Of a DNA stretch of 64,000 nt, positions 48,322-58,900 are shown one piece after another (position 1 is the stretch's first letter; each line of letters begins with the position of its first letter). The notes under the pieces are model-generated. The model made no database searches. It had not been told where the DNA came from and saw only the letters and a program-made list of their open reading frames with translations. The translations under genes and the position numbers were made by a program. Source of the DNA: an uncultured Gammaproteobacteria bacterium (GTDB taxonomy: Bacteria; Patescibacteriota; Patescibacteriia; UBA1558; GWA2-36-10); contig CAZWYP010000002.1 of assembly GCA_964638415.1 (NCBI GenBank), positions 33,997 through 97,996 of the forward strand, in the 5' to 3' direction.

Positions 48322-49680
48322 TTAATTCTTGTCTTTAAGATTTTGGGTTTTAATTATCCTGATTTTTATCGGGACACCGGTGAAATCAAATTTATAGCGC
48401 AAATTATTTTCAATAAATTTAAGATATGATTCATGCAATTCTGCCTTGAAGTCTATTTTAACGGTAAAGAGGGGAGGGTTGGTAGCTATTTGCTTTAAGC
48501 TGTAAATATAAGGATGCTTAGTACCTTTGCCGCGGGAAGGCTTATGTTTTTTAACAATGCTTTTCAGCAGTTTGTCCAAGACATTATCGCTAATAGTTTT
48601 ATGCTTTTCCTGGAAGATTTTAATGACTAAGGGTAGGATTTTATGCAGGTTTATCTTGTGATTAGCAGAGGTAAATAATAATGGCGCCCAAGGCAGAAAA
48701 GGTAGGAATCCCCGGTAATAGCTGGTATATTCTTTGTCGCTTTTATGGTCTTTATTCGGGACAGCATCCCATTTATTGGCGATAATTATTACTCCAACGC
48801 CAGCGCCAATTAGCTCACTGGCTAAATGCTTGTCTTGGAAGCTCAAAGGTTGCGTAACATCGGTAATAAATAAGACAACATCAGCTCGTTTAATGCTAAA
48901 GAGGCTTTGCTCTACGCTTTGTTTTTCAAAAGGGTCAAAAGCCCGCTTGCTTTTGCGCCGAATACCAGCGGTGTCAATAAAAACTATTTTTTTCTTTTGG
49001 AAGTTAATGAGAATATCCTGTGAGTCGCGGGTAGTATGTGGTATATCGGAAACAATTAAACGCTCCTCATTAAGCAGGGCGTTGATCAGGGAAGATTTGC
49101 CGACATTAGGTTGACCAATGATGGCGATTTTAATAACCTTGTCTTCTGCGGGCTGAGTGCTTTTAGCACTAGGTTTTTTTATTTTTCTCAAAGCGCTTAC
49201 TATTTGATCCAGTAAATCGCCGCTGCCTTTGCCATTACCGGCAGAAACTGGGAAAGGCTCCCCGATATTAAGTTGGTAAAATTCCGCTATCTGGTTGGTT
49301 ATTTTTTCCGTATCTGCTTTATTAGCTGCTAAGACAATAGGTTTTTTATATTGTTTTAGCAGATTGGCAACTTTTTTATCTTCAACCATCAAGCCGGTTT
49401 TGCTGTCCACTACCATTAAGAATAAATCCGCTTCGTCCAGAGCATATTTTAATTGCCGATTGATTTGCTTATCCATCGGCAGTTTTTCATCGGTTAAGCC
49501 GCCGGTGTCAATTAAATTAAAATCCAGGCCATTCCAAGAACAGATAGCGTAATTTCTGTCCCTGGTAGTGCCGGCCGCTGGAGAAACAATAGCTTTGGGT
49601 TCAGAGATCAGCCGATTGAATAAAGTTGATTTACCGACATTAACTCGGCCGATAATTGCTACTTGGTAAAGTCTAGCCAT
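48322..49680 (-). CDS. der: Ribosome-biogenesis GTPase Der (EngA)
   Basis: Tandem G domains ('GRVNVGKSTLFN', 'GQPNVGKSSLIN') plus a C-terminal KH-like domain. The ORF-track N-terminal extension was trimmed to 'MARLYQVAIIG'. Confidence 0.9.
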   Translation of the reverse strand: MARLYQVAIIGRVNVGKSTLFNRLISEPKAIVSPAAGTTRDRNYAICSWNGLDFNLIDTGGLTDEKLPMDKQINRQLKYALDEADLFLMVVDSKTGLMVEDKKVANLLKQYKKPIVLAANKADTEKITNQIAEFYQLNIGEPFPVSAGNGKGSGDLLDQIVSALRKIKKPSAKSTQPAEDKVIKIAIIGQPNVGKSSLINALLNEERLIVSDIPHTTRDSQDILINFQKKKIVFIDTAGIRRKSKRAFDPFEKQSVEQSLFSIKRADVVLFITDVTQPLSFQDKHLASELIGAGVGVIIIANKWDAVPNKDHKSDKEYTSYYRGFLPFLPWAPLLFTSANHKINLHKILPLVIKIFQEKHKTISDNVLDKLLKSIVKKHKPSRGKGTKHPYIYSLKQIATNPPLFTVKIDFKAELHESYLKFIENNLRYKFDFTGVPIKIRIIKTQNLKDKN

Positions 49681-49687
49681 AAGTATA

Positions 49688-51268
49688 TTATAGAGGGATT
49701 TCCGGCAATGTGGAAGTAGAAGTAGTAGCGTTAAGCAGAGAAGGATCAATAGTAGTGACAATATCTATTGCTTCCTGATACTGGTCATTTCCTAAAACAA
49801 TTAAGAAATCCAATTTTTCCGGCTGGCCGTTTTCATCAACAATATTCCAATTTTGCGTTACCACAGAATTGGAGAAATTCAATGGTATTTCCTTATTAGC
49901 TTTTACATTAAAAATAGCTTCTAAAGTTTTTTGGGTAGCCGGTTTATCGTCATTGTATTGGTAGATTACCGTTACTACTTTATCTTGCTGGTCGGCATTA
50001 CCGAAGCGCAATACTTCATAGCCCATTAGGTTCAGGTGATTAACTGCTTGGGAAGCTAAACCCGGTATAGCGGTGCCGTTCTGGATGACAATTTTAGCTT
50101 TTTCATCGCTGACTTCCCCCAAGCTGAAAATATTTTTAACTAGCTGCTGGATTTGGTCAAAGCTGCCGGAAACTGGCTGAAGAATATAGGCGCCATCCAA
50201 AGCAATGCCGGCTTTTAAGAAGCCGCCTGCGCTGTTATCTATAGAGCGGACAGTGATCTTTTGGGTATCCAAGCCTTTAGCTAAATGAATCAATCGCACC
50301 GCTTCCCAGGGTTCCATATTAGTGGTGGTGTACTGATTAAATAAAGAAAATAGATTGGTTATTTTCTGTGGATTGATCAGAGTATTGAAAGAAGTGGCTT
50401 TGTCTTTGACTGCGGCAATAATTTTTTGCTGACGCTTGCTACGGGCAAAATCCGAGCCTTCGCCATTATTGCCGTGCCTGGAACGGGCAAAGCGCAAAGC
50501 AGTTAAGCCATCCATATGCTGTTCTCCAGCCTTAAAAGATATTTCCTGGTATTTATAATCTTCCGTGGGGAATTGGTTATCTACAAAGGCTTTTTCCACA
50601 TTAACTTTAATACCGCCTATTGCATCAATGATTTTGACAAAGCCTTCAAAATCAACTGCTCCATAGTAATGGATAGGAATATCCAGCGTATCGCCGATAA
50701 TGTCCTTGGTATATTCTCCAGCATCAATACCCTGATTAATACCAATGGAATATATGCTGTTTATTTTGCGGTAATCGCCAGGGGTAATAGGGACAATCAT
50801 ATCCCGAGGAATGGAGATCATGGCCGCTTTTTGCGTTGACGGCTGGAAACTGACTAAAACTATAGTATCGGTTAAATAAGGGCCGCTATGTCCCGGTCCA
50901 CCCATGCCTAATAGCAGAAAGTTAATCCGATCTTCTTTTTCGCCTTCTAAGTATTTATCTCCCGGGGCAATGATGTTGATAATCTGGCGGAGCAAATAGC
51001 TGTTTTTAATTCCGCCTAAGAAGCTGTTATTGTCGGAAGCTAGGATTTTGGCTATTAAGCTGAATACAATGATCAGGATAATAAAAAAATAAGAGAGTTT
51101 TTTCCGTTTCCCATTTTTTGACCTTGGCCTTTGAGGTAAATTTTGATTGCTGCCGGTTTTTGAATCTGACTGATTATAATTCCTATCCATTCTTTCATCG
51201 GCAGATTCGGGTAATTCTTGCTCCAAAAAATTTATTTTTTTTCTCTGAAAATCAGTGTTAACCATCAC
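49688..51268 (-). CDS. LytR-CpsA-Psr (LCP) family cell-envelope phosphotransferase
   Basis: Basic N-terminus, TM anchor, and an LCP core (…INFLLLGMGGPGHSGPYLTDTIVLVSF…ISIPRD…). Confidence 0.75.
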   Translation of the reverse strand: MMVNTDFQRKKINFLEQELPESADERMDRNYNQSDSKTGSNQNLPQRPRSKNGKRKKLSYFFIILIIVFSLIAKILASDNNSFLGGIKNSYLLRQIINIIAPGDKYLEGEKEDRINFLLLGMGGPGHSGPYLTDTIVLVSFQPSTQKAAMISIPRDMIVPITPGDYRKINSIYSIGINQGIDAGEYTKDIIGDTLDIPIHYYGAVDFEGFVKIIDAIGGIKVNVEKAFVDNQFPTEDYKYQEISFKAGEQHMDGLTALRFARSRHGNNGEGSDFARSKRQQKIIAAVKDKATSFNTLINPQKITNLFSLFNQYTTTNMEPWEAVRLIHLAKGLDTQKITVRSIDNSAGGFLKAGIALDGAYILQPVSGSFDQIQQLVKNIFSLGEVSDEKAKIVIQNGTAIPGLASQAVNHLNLMGYEVLRFGNADQQDKVVTVIYQYNDDKPATQKTLEAIFNVKANKEIPLNFSNSVVTQNWNIVDENGQPEKLDFLIVLGNDQYQEAIDIVTTIDPSLLNATTSTSTLPEIPL

Positions 51269-51428
51269 AAAAAAGACTTAGTTTTTCCTAATTAAGTAGT
51301 TGAATTATACAAGTTTAAAGCTTGGCAGTCAATGCCGTAAAATTGCCTAAAGTAAGCAGTTGCTTTTAATTTATTGATTGTGTATAATAATTTTGTTATT
51401 TAATTTTTTCCAATAAAATTAGGCAAAA

Positions 51429-52127
51429 ATGGATAAAAACAACGATAAATTTATCTATCAAGATAATAATAATTCAGCGCCCAGCCTGCCACCAGAAGAG
51501 TTGGAGGTAATTAAGGAAGTTGATGATCGCGATTTGGACTTTAGTCTGTCAGAGAAGGAGGAAGGCGAAAATTTTGTGATGTCAGGCGCCAAGAAATTTG
51601 GCTTATTTGTTTTTGAGATTGTGAAGATTGTGGTAATCTCTTTAGCAATTATTTTGCCGGTTAGGATGTTTTTGATTCAGCCTTTTTATGTCGAAGGTGC
51701 TTCTATGGAGCCCAATTTCTATCATAGCGAGTATCTTATTATTGATGAATTATCCTATCGTTTTACTGAACCAGAGCGGGGAGAGGTGGTGGTTTTCCGC
51801 AATCCTAAAGATACCAGCCAGTACTATATTAAGAGAATTATTGGTTTGCCGGGAGAAAAAGTTGAAGTGAAAAACGGCCGGGTATACATTGATGATGTAG
51901 AGCTTAAAGAGGACTCTTATTTGAATCATGTGGTGACGGAAGAGCCTGTTGTCTTAACTTTGCAGCCTGATGAATATTTTGTTATGGGAGATAACCGCTC
52001 AGTCAGTTATGATTCGCGCCGCTTCAAAGCTGTACCCAAAAAATATATTATTGGCAAAGTCTGGTTCCGTGGCTGGCCAATTAACCGAATTTCCACCTTT
52101 AATACTCCGGATTACCAGGGACTATAA
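51429..52127 (+). CDS. lepB: Signal peptidase I
   Basis: 'GASMEPNF' (catalytic Ser) and 'GDNRSVSYDSR' (Lys/Arg box). Confidence 0.85.
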   Translation: MDKNNDKFIYQDNNNSAPSLPPEELEVIKEVDDRDLDFSLSEKEEGENFVMSGAKKFGLFVFEIVKIVVISLAIILPVRMFLIQPFYVEGASMEPNFYHSEYLIIDELSYRFTEPERGEVVVFRNPKDTSQYYIKRIIGLPGEKVEVKNGRVYIDDVELKEDSYLNHVVTEEPVVLTLQPDEYFVMGDNRSVSYDSRRFKAVPKKYIIGKVWFRGWPINRISTFNTPDYQGL

Positions 52128-52139
52128 TTTATATTTACT

Positions 52140-53480
52140 ATGAGTAATAAGAAAAAGAGCAAAAAGACCCAGGTTCAGCTGGTTAAAGGCATGAAGGATA
52201 TTCTGCCCTCGGAACAGCTGTATTGGGATTTTATTTTTGACAAAGTGCGTAGCTTGGCTCGGGATAACGGCTTTGGCCGTATCGATACTCCGACTGTTGA
52301 GTTTACTCAGTTATTTAAGCGCAGCGTCGGCGAGGATACGGATATTGTCAGCAAGGAAATGTATTCTTTTGTGGATCAGGGCGGAGATAAGTTATCTTTG
52401 CGTCCGGAGAATACGGCCGGCGTGGTTCGCAGCTACATTGAGCACGGCATGTTAAATCAGCCGCAGCCGGTTAAGATGTATTATTTTGCTCCGCAATTTA
52501 GGCATGAAAAACCGCAGTCTGGACGCTATCGCCAGTTCTGGCAATTAGGCTTTGAGACTATTGGCAGCGATGACCCGGTGACTGACGCCCAGCTTATTAA
52601 TATCTCTTTCCAACTCTTGAAGGAAATCGGTTTAGACGTGGAAGTGCAGATTAACAGCATTGGCGATGAGGATTCCCGTGCTCGCTATCTGAAGGTCTTA
52701 AGCAAATATTACAAGGATAATAGCAAGAATTTAACAGCTGATCATAAAAAGACTTTAGCGCGTAATCCCTTAAGATTGTTGGACTCTAAAGATAAGGTCT
52801 GTGTGGATTTAGCCAAAGATGCTCCGCAAATCTTGGATTATTTGTCAGAAGATTGCAATAAGCATTTTATGGCAGTTTTGGAATATTTGGATGAATTAGA
52901 AGTTAAATATGTTTTAAATCCCCGTATTGTCCGCGGTTTGGATTATTATGACAAAACTGCCTGGGAGATTACGGAAACTGATGAGGAAGGTAAGCTCAAT
53001 GCTTTGGGTGGCGGCGGAAGATATAATGGTCTAGTTGAATTATTAGGCGGCCGACCAACACCAGCGGTAGGTTTTGCTATGGGTGTGGAAAGGATTATTA
53101 ATAAAATTAAAGATGCTAAAGTAGCTTTGCCGGCAGTTTGCGGTCCTGATGTTTACATTGCCCAATTAGGAACGGAAGCGCGCAAACGCAGCTTAGAATT
53201 ATTTAATGAACTAAGGTCAATTGGCCTGTCTTTATCTGAGGATGTTTCTAAAACCGGTTTAAAAGATCAGCTGGAAGCAGCAGATAAGCGGGGAGTAAAG
53301 TATGCTTTAATCTTAGGACAAAAAGAAATTTCTGACGGCACAGTATTAATTAGAGACATGGAGTCAGGTGTGCAGGAAACCGTGGATTATAAAAAGATTA
53401 AAACTGAGATTAAGAAGAGGTTAGATGCTCATGTAATGAAAGAGATGGTTTTAAGGAAAAAAAGAAATCAAAATAGCTAA
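52140..53480 (+). CDS. hisS: Histidyl-tRNA synthetase
   Basis: Class II motifs, the HisA/HisB-like 'GGGRYNGL' motif, and a C-terminal anticodon-binding domain. Confidence 0.9.
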   Translation: MSNKKKSKKTQVQLVKGMKDILPSEQLYWDFIFDKVRSLARDNGFGRIDTPTVEFTQLFKRSVGEDTDIVSKEMYSFVDQGGDKLSLRPENTAGVVRSYIEHGMLNQPQPVKMYYFAPQFRHEKPQSGRYRQFWQLGFETIGSDDPVTDAQLINISFQLLKEIGLDVEVQINSIGDEDSRARYLKVLSKYYKDNSKNLTADHKKTLARNPLRLLDSKDKVCVDLAKDAPQILDYLSEDCNKHFMAVLEYLDELEVKYVLNPRIVRGLDYYDKTAWEITETDEEGKLNALGGGGRYNGLVELLGGRPTPAVGFAMGVERIINKIKDAKVALPAVCGPDVYIAQLGTEARKRSLELFNELRSIGLSLSEDVSKTGLKDQLEAADKRGVKYALILGQKEISDGTVLIRDMESGVQETVDYKKIKTEIKKRLDAHVMKEMVLRKKRNQNS

Positions 53481-53492
53481 AATATTTTTAAA

Positions 53493-53522
53493 ACACCCTA
53501 AATATTATGGGGTGTTTTTTGG
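53493..53522 (+). terminator. Intrinsic terminator after hisS
   Basis: ACACCC-taaatattatg-GGGTGT followed by TTTTTT. Confidence 0.6.
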
Positions 53523-53591
53523 TATTTACTCACTTATTTACATTTATTGACTTTCCTGATAAAATCTGTCATGATATTAACAAGAATAAAG

Positions 53592-53620
53592 TGGAAATTT
53601 TATTCTTTATCTGGTATAAT
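53592..53620 (+). promoter_or_regulatory. Promoter with extended -10 (TGgTATAAT) upstream of rpsU
   Basis: 'ctggtataat' lies about 20 nt upstream of the GAGGTGA RBS. Confidence 0.45.
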
Positions 53621-53638
53621 TATTTTTAAGAAAGTGAG

Positions 53639-53899
53639 GTGATTGCCGTGTTGGAGGTGAAGAGAAAGGATGGAGAATCTTTTGAAAGTTTGGTTCGCCG
53701 TTTCACCAAAAAGACTATTCAGAGCGGTAAAATATTACAAGCTAAAAAAGTAAGATTTTATAGCAAACCGCAAACAAAACGAGCGCAAAAAGCTAGTGCG
53801 CTACGCAAAAAAGAAATGTCTAATAAAGTAGAATATTTGCGAAAATTGGGCAAATTAGACGAATTCTTGGCCAAAAGCAAACGATTTAAGAAGAAATAA
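53639..53899 (+). CDS. rpsU: 30S ribosomal protein S21
   Basis: 'LEVKRKDGESFESLVRRFTKK...' matches the S21 pattern. The GTG at 53648, with a GAGGTGA RBS 5 nt upstream, is an equally likely start. Confidence 0.8.
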   Translation: MIAVLEVKRKDGESFESLVRRFTKKTIQSGKILQAKKVRFYSKPQTKRAQKASALRKKEMSNKVEYLRKLGKLDEFLAKSKRFKKK

Positions 53900-53931
53900 T
53901 CGCCAATTTTTGGCTATTTTATTTTTTAATC

Positions 53932-54372
53932 ATGACTTTAAACCAAACAATAGATAATGATCTTAATCAGGCTTTGAAAGAAAAGAACCAAGTAGTTTTG
54001 GGTACTTTGCGCATGCTAAAAAGTGCCATTAAGAATCAAGCAATAGCTGATCGTTTGTCGGAATTAGATGATCAGGCAGTGCAAGTGGTTATTAGGCGAG
54101 AATTAAAAAAACGCCAGGATTCTATTGAATCTTTTAAAGCTGGTAATCGTCCGGATTTAGTGGCTAAGGAAGAGGCAGAGGTGGATATTTTAGCAAAATA
54201 TTTGCCAGCTATGATGACAGAAGATGAGGTTGCTAAAATAGTTGAAGAAGTAATTGCATCTGGTGCCAATAATTTCGGTCAGGCTATGAAAGAGACTATG
54301 GCTAAGACTGTTGGTCGGGCTGACGGTAAATTGGTGCAAGATTTGGTAAAACAAAAATTAAATATTAATTAA
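53932..54372 (+). CDS. GatB/YqeY domain protein
   Basis: A 146-aa helical protein in the conserved rpsU-yqeY arrangement, with a '...AKYLP...MKETM...' C-terminus. Confidence 0.7.
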   Translation: MTLNQTIDNDLNQALKEKNQVVLGTLRMLKSAIKNQAIADRLSELDDQAVQVVIRRELKKRQDSIESFKAGNRPDLVAKEEAEVDILAKYLPAMMTEDEVAKIVEEVIASGANNFGQAMKETMAKTVGRADGKLVQDLVKQKLNIN

Positions 54373-54389
54373 TTTTTAATACAATTATC

Positions 54390-55991
54390 ATGCTTGTCAA
54401 TAAAAAAATAACTGTTTTTATATTATTATTTTTAACAGTTATTTTTTTACTGCCCGAGAATGCTTTAGCTCAGGCCAATTTTGGCGCTAATGATTTAGTA
54501 GATTCCGGTTTAGGCACAGCCAATATTAAGGATGTTATTAATAATATTCTGAATATTGCTTTTGGCTTTTTAGGGATTCTAGCTACTTTGTTGATTATGT
54601 ATGGCGGCTGGTTATGGATGACTTCTCGAGGAGATTCTGACCAAATAGATAGAGCGAAAAAGACTATTACCGGCGCGGTAATTGGCTTGATAATTATTCT
54701 ATCCGCTTATGCTATTGCCCGCTTTGTTATTAGCCAGATTTACGGAGCAAGTAATAACAATGGCAATAACAATGGCAATAATGGCGGTGGTTACCATGGC
54801 GGTATTGGTTTAGGAGCTGGTGTTATTGAAACCCACTATCCTGGCAGAAATGCTTCAGGCATACCGCGTAATACTAATATTTATATCACTTTTAAAGAGC
54901 CGATTCAGCAGACGGGAAACAATGGCTTGGTAACTAGCGCCGCTGGCGATTGTGATTTTGCTTTATGTGCTAGCGCTAATTTTATCGTGGAAGATGTAAC
55001 AACCGGCGATATTGTTCCTACGCGCCAGATTGAAGCTACCGTTTCTGCTGACGGTAAGACTTTTGGTTTTAATCCATATGGTTCAAGTGCCAATCATTTA
55101 GGAAGATTGGACGGAGAAACCAGATACAATATTCAGTTAAGTTCAGATTTAAATAAGGCTAATGGCGATCCAGCCTTTGGCTTATCTGGTTATGATTGGA
55201 ATTTTACAGTTAGCAACGAGATAGATTTGACCCCGCCCCGTATTACTTCGGTTATTCCTACTCCTAATTCCAGTAATCCTCGCAATGTAGTGGTGCAGAT
55301 TAATTTTTCTGAAAGCATTAATCCGTTGTTGGCAGCAGGTAATACCGCTGACGGTTTTGTAAACATTATTACTTCGGCGCCTGGTAACTTAGCAGGCTCT
55401 TATATGATTTCTAATCAATATCAGACAGTAGAATTTATTACCGATGAATTATGCGGAGTGAATTCCTGCGGCGGAGAGGTATATTGTCTGCCAGGTAATC
55501 AGACAGTCAGCACTTTGGTTACCGACGCTATTGAAGATATGGCAGCTAATCGTTTGGACGGCGATAATGACGGTGAGGTAGGAGGCAGTTACTCTTGGGT
55601 ATTTTCAACGACCAATGAGATTGACTTGATTCCTCCAGAAATAACTTCCATGCAGGATAATTCAGCTGCTCCAGTGGATCAGCCAATTACTGTAACTTTC
55701 AATAAGAGTTTATTAGGCGCTTCTATTAGTAGTGAGAATATTAATTTTACCAAAGCTGATGGCACAGATATTAATTATTGGTTGAGCCTGGATAATGATC
55801 GTTTATTTATCCATGGTTCAGATTTACAGACCCTAAGCCAATATAAACCCACTTTAACTTCCGGCATCAAAGATACCAGACAAAATTGTTGGTACCCTTG
55901 TGCTTGCGATGATCCTTCTGGCCGCAGTTGTTTATGTAATGAGGATACTAGCGCCAGTTGTGTTAGCGGCTCTCATTGTGAAACCAATTAA
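54390..55991 (+). CDS. Secreted protein with an N-terminal VirB2/TrbC pilin-like domain plus Ig-like beta domains and a Cys-rich C-terminus
   Basis: Signal peptide, then 'LAQANFGANDL...GWLWMTSRGDSDQIDRAKKTITGAVIGLIIILSAYAIARFVI' (two hydrophobic helices, pilin-like), a poly-Asn/Gly linker, repeated beta modules, and a terminal CxC-rich tail. Confidence 0.7.
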   Translation: MLVNKKITVFILLFLTVIFLLPENALAQANFGANDLVDSGLGTANIKDVINNILNIAFGFLGILATLLIMYGGWLWMTSRGDSDQIDRAKKTITGAVIGLIIILSAYAIARFVISQIYGASNNNGNNNGNNGGGYHGGIGLGAGVIETHYPGRNASGIPRNTNIYITFKEPIQQTGNNGLVTSAAGDCDFALCASANFIVEDVTTGDIVPTRQIEATVSADGKTFGFNPYGSSANHLGRLDGETRYNIQLSSDLNKANGDPAFGLSGYDWNFTVSNEIDLTPPRITSVIPTPNSSNPRNVVVQINFSESINPLLAAGNTADGFVNIITSAPGNLAGSYMISNQYQTVEFITDELCGVNSCGGEVYCLPGNQTVSTLVTDAIEDMAANRLDGDNDGEVGGSYSWVFSTTNEIDLIPPEITSMQDNSAAPVDQPITVTFNKSLLGASISSENINFTKADGTDINYWLSLDNDRLFIHGSDLQTLSQYKPTLTSGIKDTRQNCWYPCACDDPSGRSCLCNEDTSASCVSGSHCETN

Positions 55992-55995
55992 AATC

Positions 55996-58900
55996 ATGAT
56001 GAAAAATATTTTTAAATCTATTTTCTTCACCGCGTCCTTGTTTATTTTTTCGGGACAGCAAGCTTTAGCCCAAGCTAATTTAGGAGTTAATGATCTGGCT
56101 GGCTCTGGTTTAGGCACTAATGATGTAGTTGGTATTGTCAATAATTTAATCAATATCTTTTTGGGATTTTTAACCATTATTGCTGTTATTGTTATTATCT
56201 ATGCTGGCTGGCTTTGGATGACTTCTCAGGGAGATGCGGATAAAATTCAGCGTGCCAAGCTGATGATCGTCAGTGCGGTAATTGGTTTAGTAGTTATTTT
56301 GTCTTCATACTTAATTGCCCGTTATGTCATTAGGACTTTAAGTGATGCTACCGGCGGCGGCAATAATAACGGCAATGAAGAAGAAGGCCCAGGGCCCGGT
56401 CCTTTGCCGGCTTGCGGAGAGCCACTTGATTCAACTGAAATTGCCGTGTGCCGGACTCGGCCAAACAGCGGCGTGCCCGGTCAATATATTACTATTCAAG
56501 GCTGGCATTTCGGCAGTTATAATCCCGCAGATAGCCAGGTATTTTTTGAAACTTCTAGTGGCACGCGCACTCAGGCCACGCTAGCCAGTTGCAGCGGCGT
56601 GCCAGTTTGGCGTGAATCTAACACTCCCGGTTATTTCAATATTCGGGCGGTTATTCCGGCAGTAGATCAGGGAGATTATAAGATAATTGTAAAGAATGGA
56701 CCGTATGAGGATGCTTATCCTGACGGCCTGGATTATTATTCGGTAACGACAGGAGAAGCTGGTCCAGGTATTGCCTGCATTATCCCAGAAGATCCTTCAC
56801 CGGGAGAAAATATTACTATTGAAGGTAATAATTTTGGCAATACTCCTAGCACTATTACTATGTCCGGCTGGGTAGCAGGTAGTGAACAGGATATTAATTT
56901 CCTTAATATTGGTAGCTGGTCCAATACTTTAATTACCGCTGCTCAGGTTCCTAATAATGCTTTAGCTTCCGATTTATTTGTATCCGTTTCAGGTATAAAC
57001 AGTAATGATTATTATCTAGCAGTCAGTTGTGCTGATGATGGTCAGTGTGAATCTGGATGTTGCGCGGATAATGTCTGTCGGCCAGATAGCTGGTGTACTG
57101 GTGGTGGAGGCGGTAGTGGACCGCATATTGAATATCTTACTCCAGACACAGTAGCTGAAGGCAATTTGATTACTATTTACGGTTCTGGTTTTGGCGATAG
57201 CCAAGGTAGCGGCAATGTTTGGTTCACCGATAGCTCTGGCAGCGGCCGCGTAGCAGGCCGGAACCCCAATGTGGTTAATCCTTCCTGCAGTAATACTTGG
57301 CATGATGATTATATTGTAGTAGTAGTGCCAGCCGATGTTTTGGATAATAATGCTGATGTTTGGGTAGAGACTAACGATGGAGAAGAGAGTAACCAAAAAA
57401 ATTTCCATGATAATGGCGGCAATTTACCCGGCTTATGCAGTTTAGACACTGCTTCCGGCGCTTATGGACAGGTCATTAGCCTTAGCGGTATTAATTTCAA
57501 TGCCGGAGACAAAGCTTCTTATGGCGGAGTTTTAGATAGCGCTACTACTATTAATTCACCAACCGGCGCTCAGTCAACGGTGCCTAATTTAGCGGCTGGT
57601 CGCGTTGGTTTAAGCGTGCAAACTGCGGCTGGTGACAGTGGTAATGCTTTGCCTTTTAATATTGATCCTTTAGCTGGTGGTAATCCAATTATCAATGAAG
57701 TTTCTCCAGAACAAGGTCCAGTTGGGCAATATTTGACGATTATAGGAGCTAATTTCGGCAACAGTATTGGTACAGTTAAATTTATTGATTCCACTGAACA
57801 TTTAGCGGATGTAGATTTTCCTAATCAGTGTTCAGATAATTACTGGCGTAATAACCAGATTATTGTCAAAGTCCCGGCCGGCTTAGAGTCAAGTAGTGAA
57901 ATTCAGGTAGTGCGTAATGATTTGGCTACTAGTAATCTTTATGATTTTAATTTAACAGCTGGTAATGCCGGTCCGGGAATCTGTTTAATTGAGCCTAATA
58001 ACGGTCCGGTTAATTTGACTCCGGTAAATATTTATGGAGATAATTTTGGCAGCAGTGGCCAGGTGGATTACTTTAATAATGTAGCATCTGGTATTAATAC
58101 TTGGTCCGACCAACTAATTTCCACTCGAGTACCAGCTGGTGCTATTACCGGACCGGTGACGGTAACAGCTTCTGGTAGAGTAAGCAATGCGGTTAATTTC
58201 TCGGTTGGCAGCTGTAGTAATGACAGTCAATGTTCTGGCGGACAAACTTGTTGTTCGTCTGCTACCGGGAATTACTGCGCAGCTAATTGCCCTGGAGCTA
58301 ATATTTGTAGCTATTCTTGGACAGTGACTACTGCTGCCCAAGCTTTTGGTATTTGGGAAAGCTATGAATGCTCCAATGATTTGCAGTCACCCAGCCCTTG
58401 GCCAGATGGTTTATGGGGCAATGATTCCCAGGAGGCGTATGTGGACAGTCAAATTATCGGATTATTTACTCGTAATGTAGTTGATGCAGATTTGTTAAGT
58501 AATGCCATTACTAAAGTTTTTAAATGCACCGGACGCGATTTGAATTGCACAACCGAAGTAGCTGGCAGTTTATCTATAGTTAACCACAATAGCCAGCGGG
58601 AAGGATTCCAATTTGATCCAGCCGCCAGTTTAGAGACAGATAGCTGGTATCAAGTGCAATTAGGGGTTTATCATGCGGCTGAAGGCGGGGATGTTTGGGA
58701 TGGTACCACCTATGAATGGAATTTTAAGACCAGAGCAGAAGGTTTAATGTGCCAGGTAAGCAGCATCACAGTCAGTCCTAATGAAAACTTTAACGTTGGG
58801 CAAGAAAAGAATTTTTATGCTTCTGCTGTTGGCGACAACTGTAATGTTTGTGGCAGTAACTATACTTGGAGCCCTTGGAATGTAACTTACAATGGCGCTT

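Noticed and set aside
49681-49761. 27-codon hydrophobic N-terminal extension of der (MSLLLILLCLTLLLLLPHCRKSLYNIL)
   Set aside because: It overlaps the 3' end of the upstream LCP gene. Der is cytosolic and starts at MARLYQVAIIG next to the first G1 motif.
55900-55995. N-terminal 32-aa extension of the giant ORF overlapping the 3' end of the upstream gene
   Set aside because: The extension overlaps the preceding CDS in another frame. A Met-Met-Lys start at 55996 is immediately followed by a typical signal peptide paralogous to the upstream gene's N-terminus.
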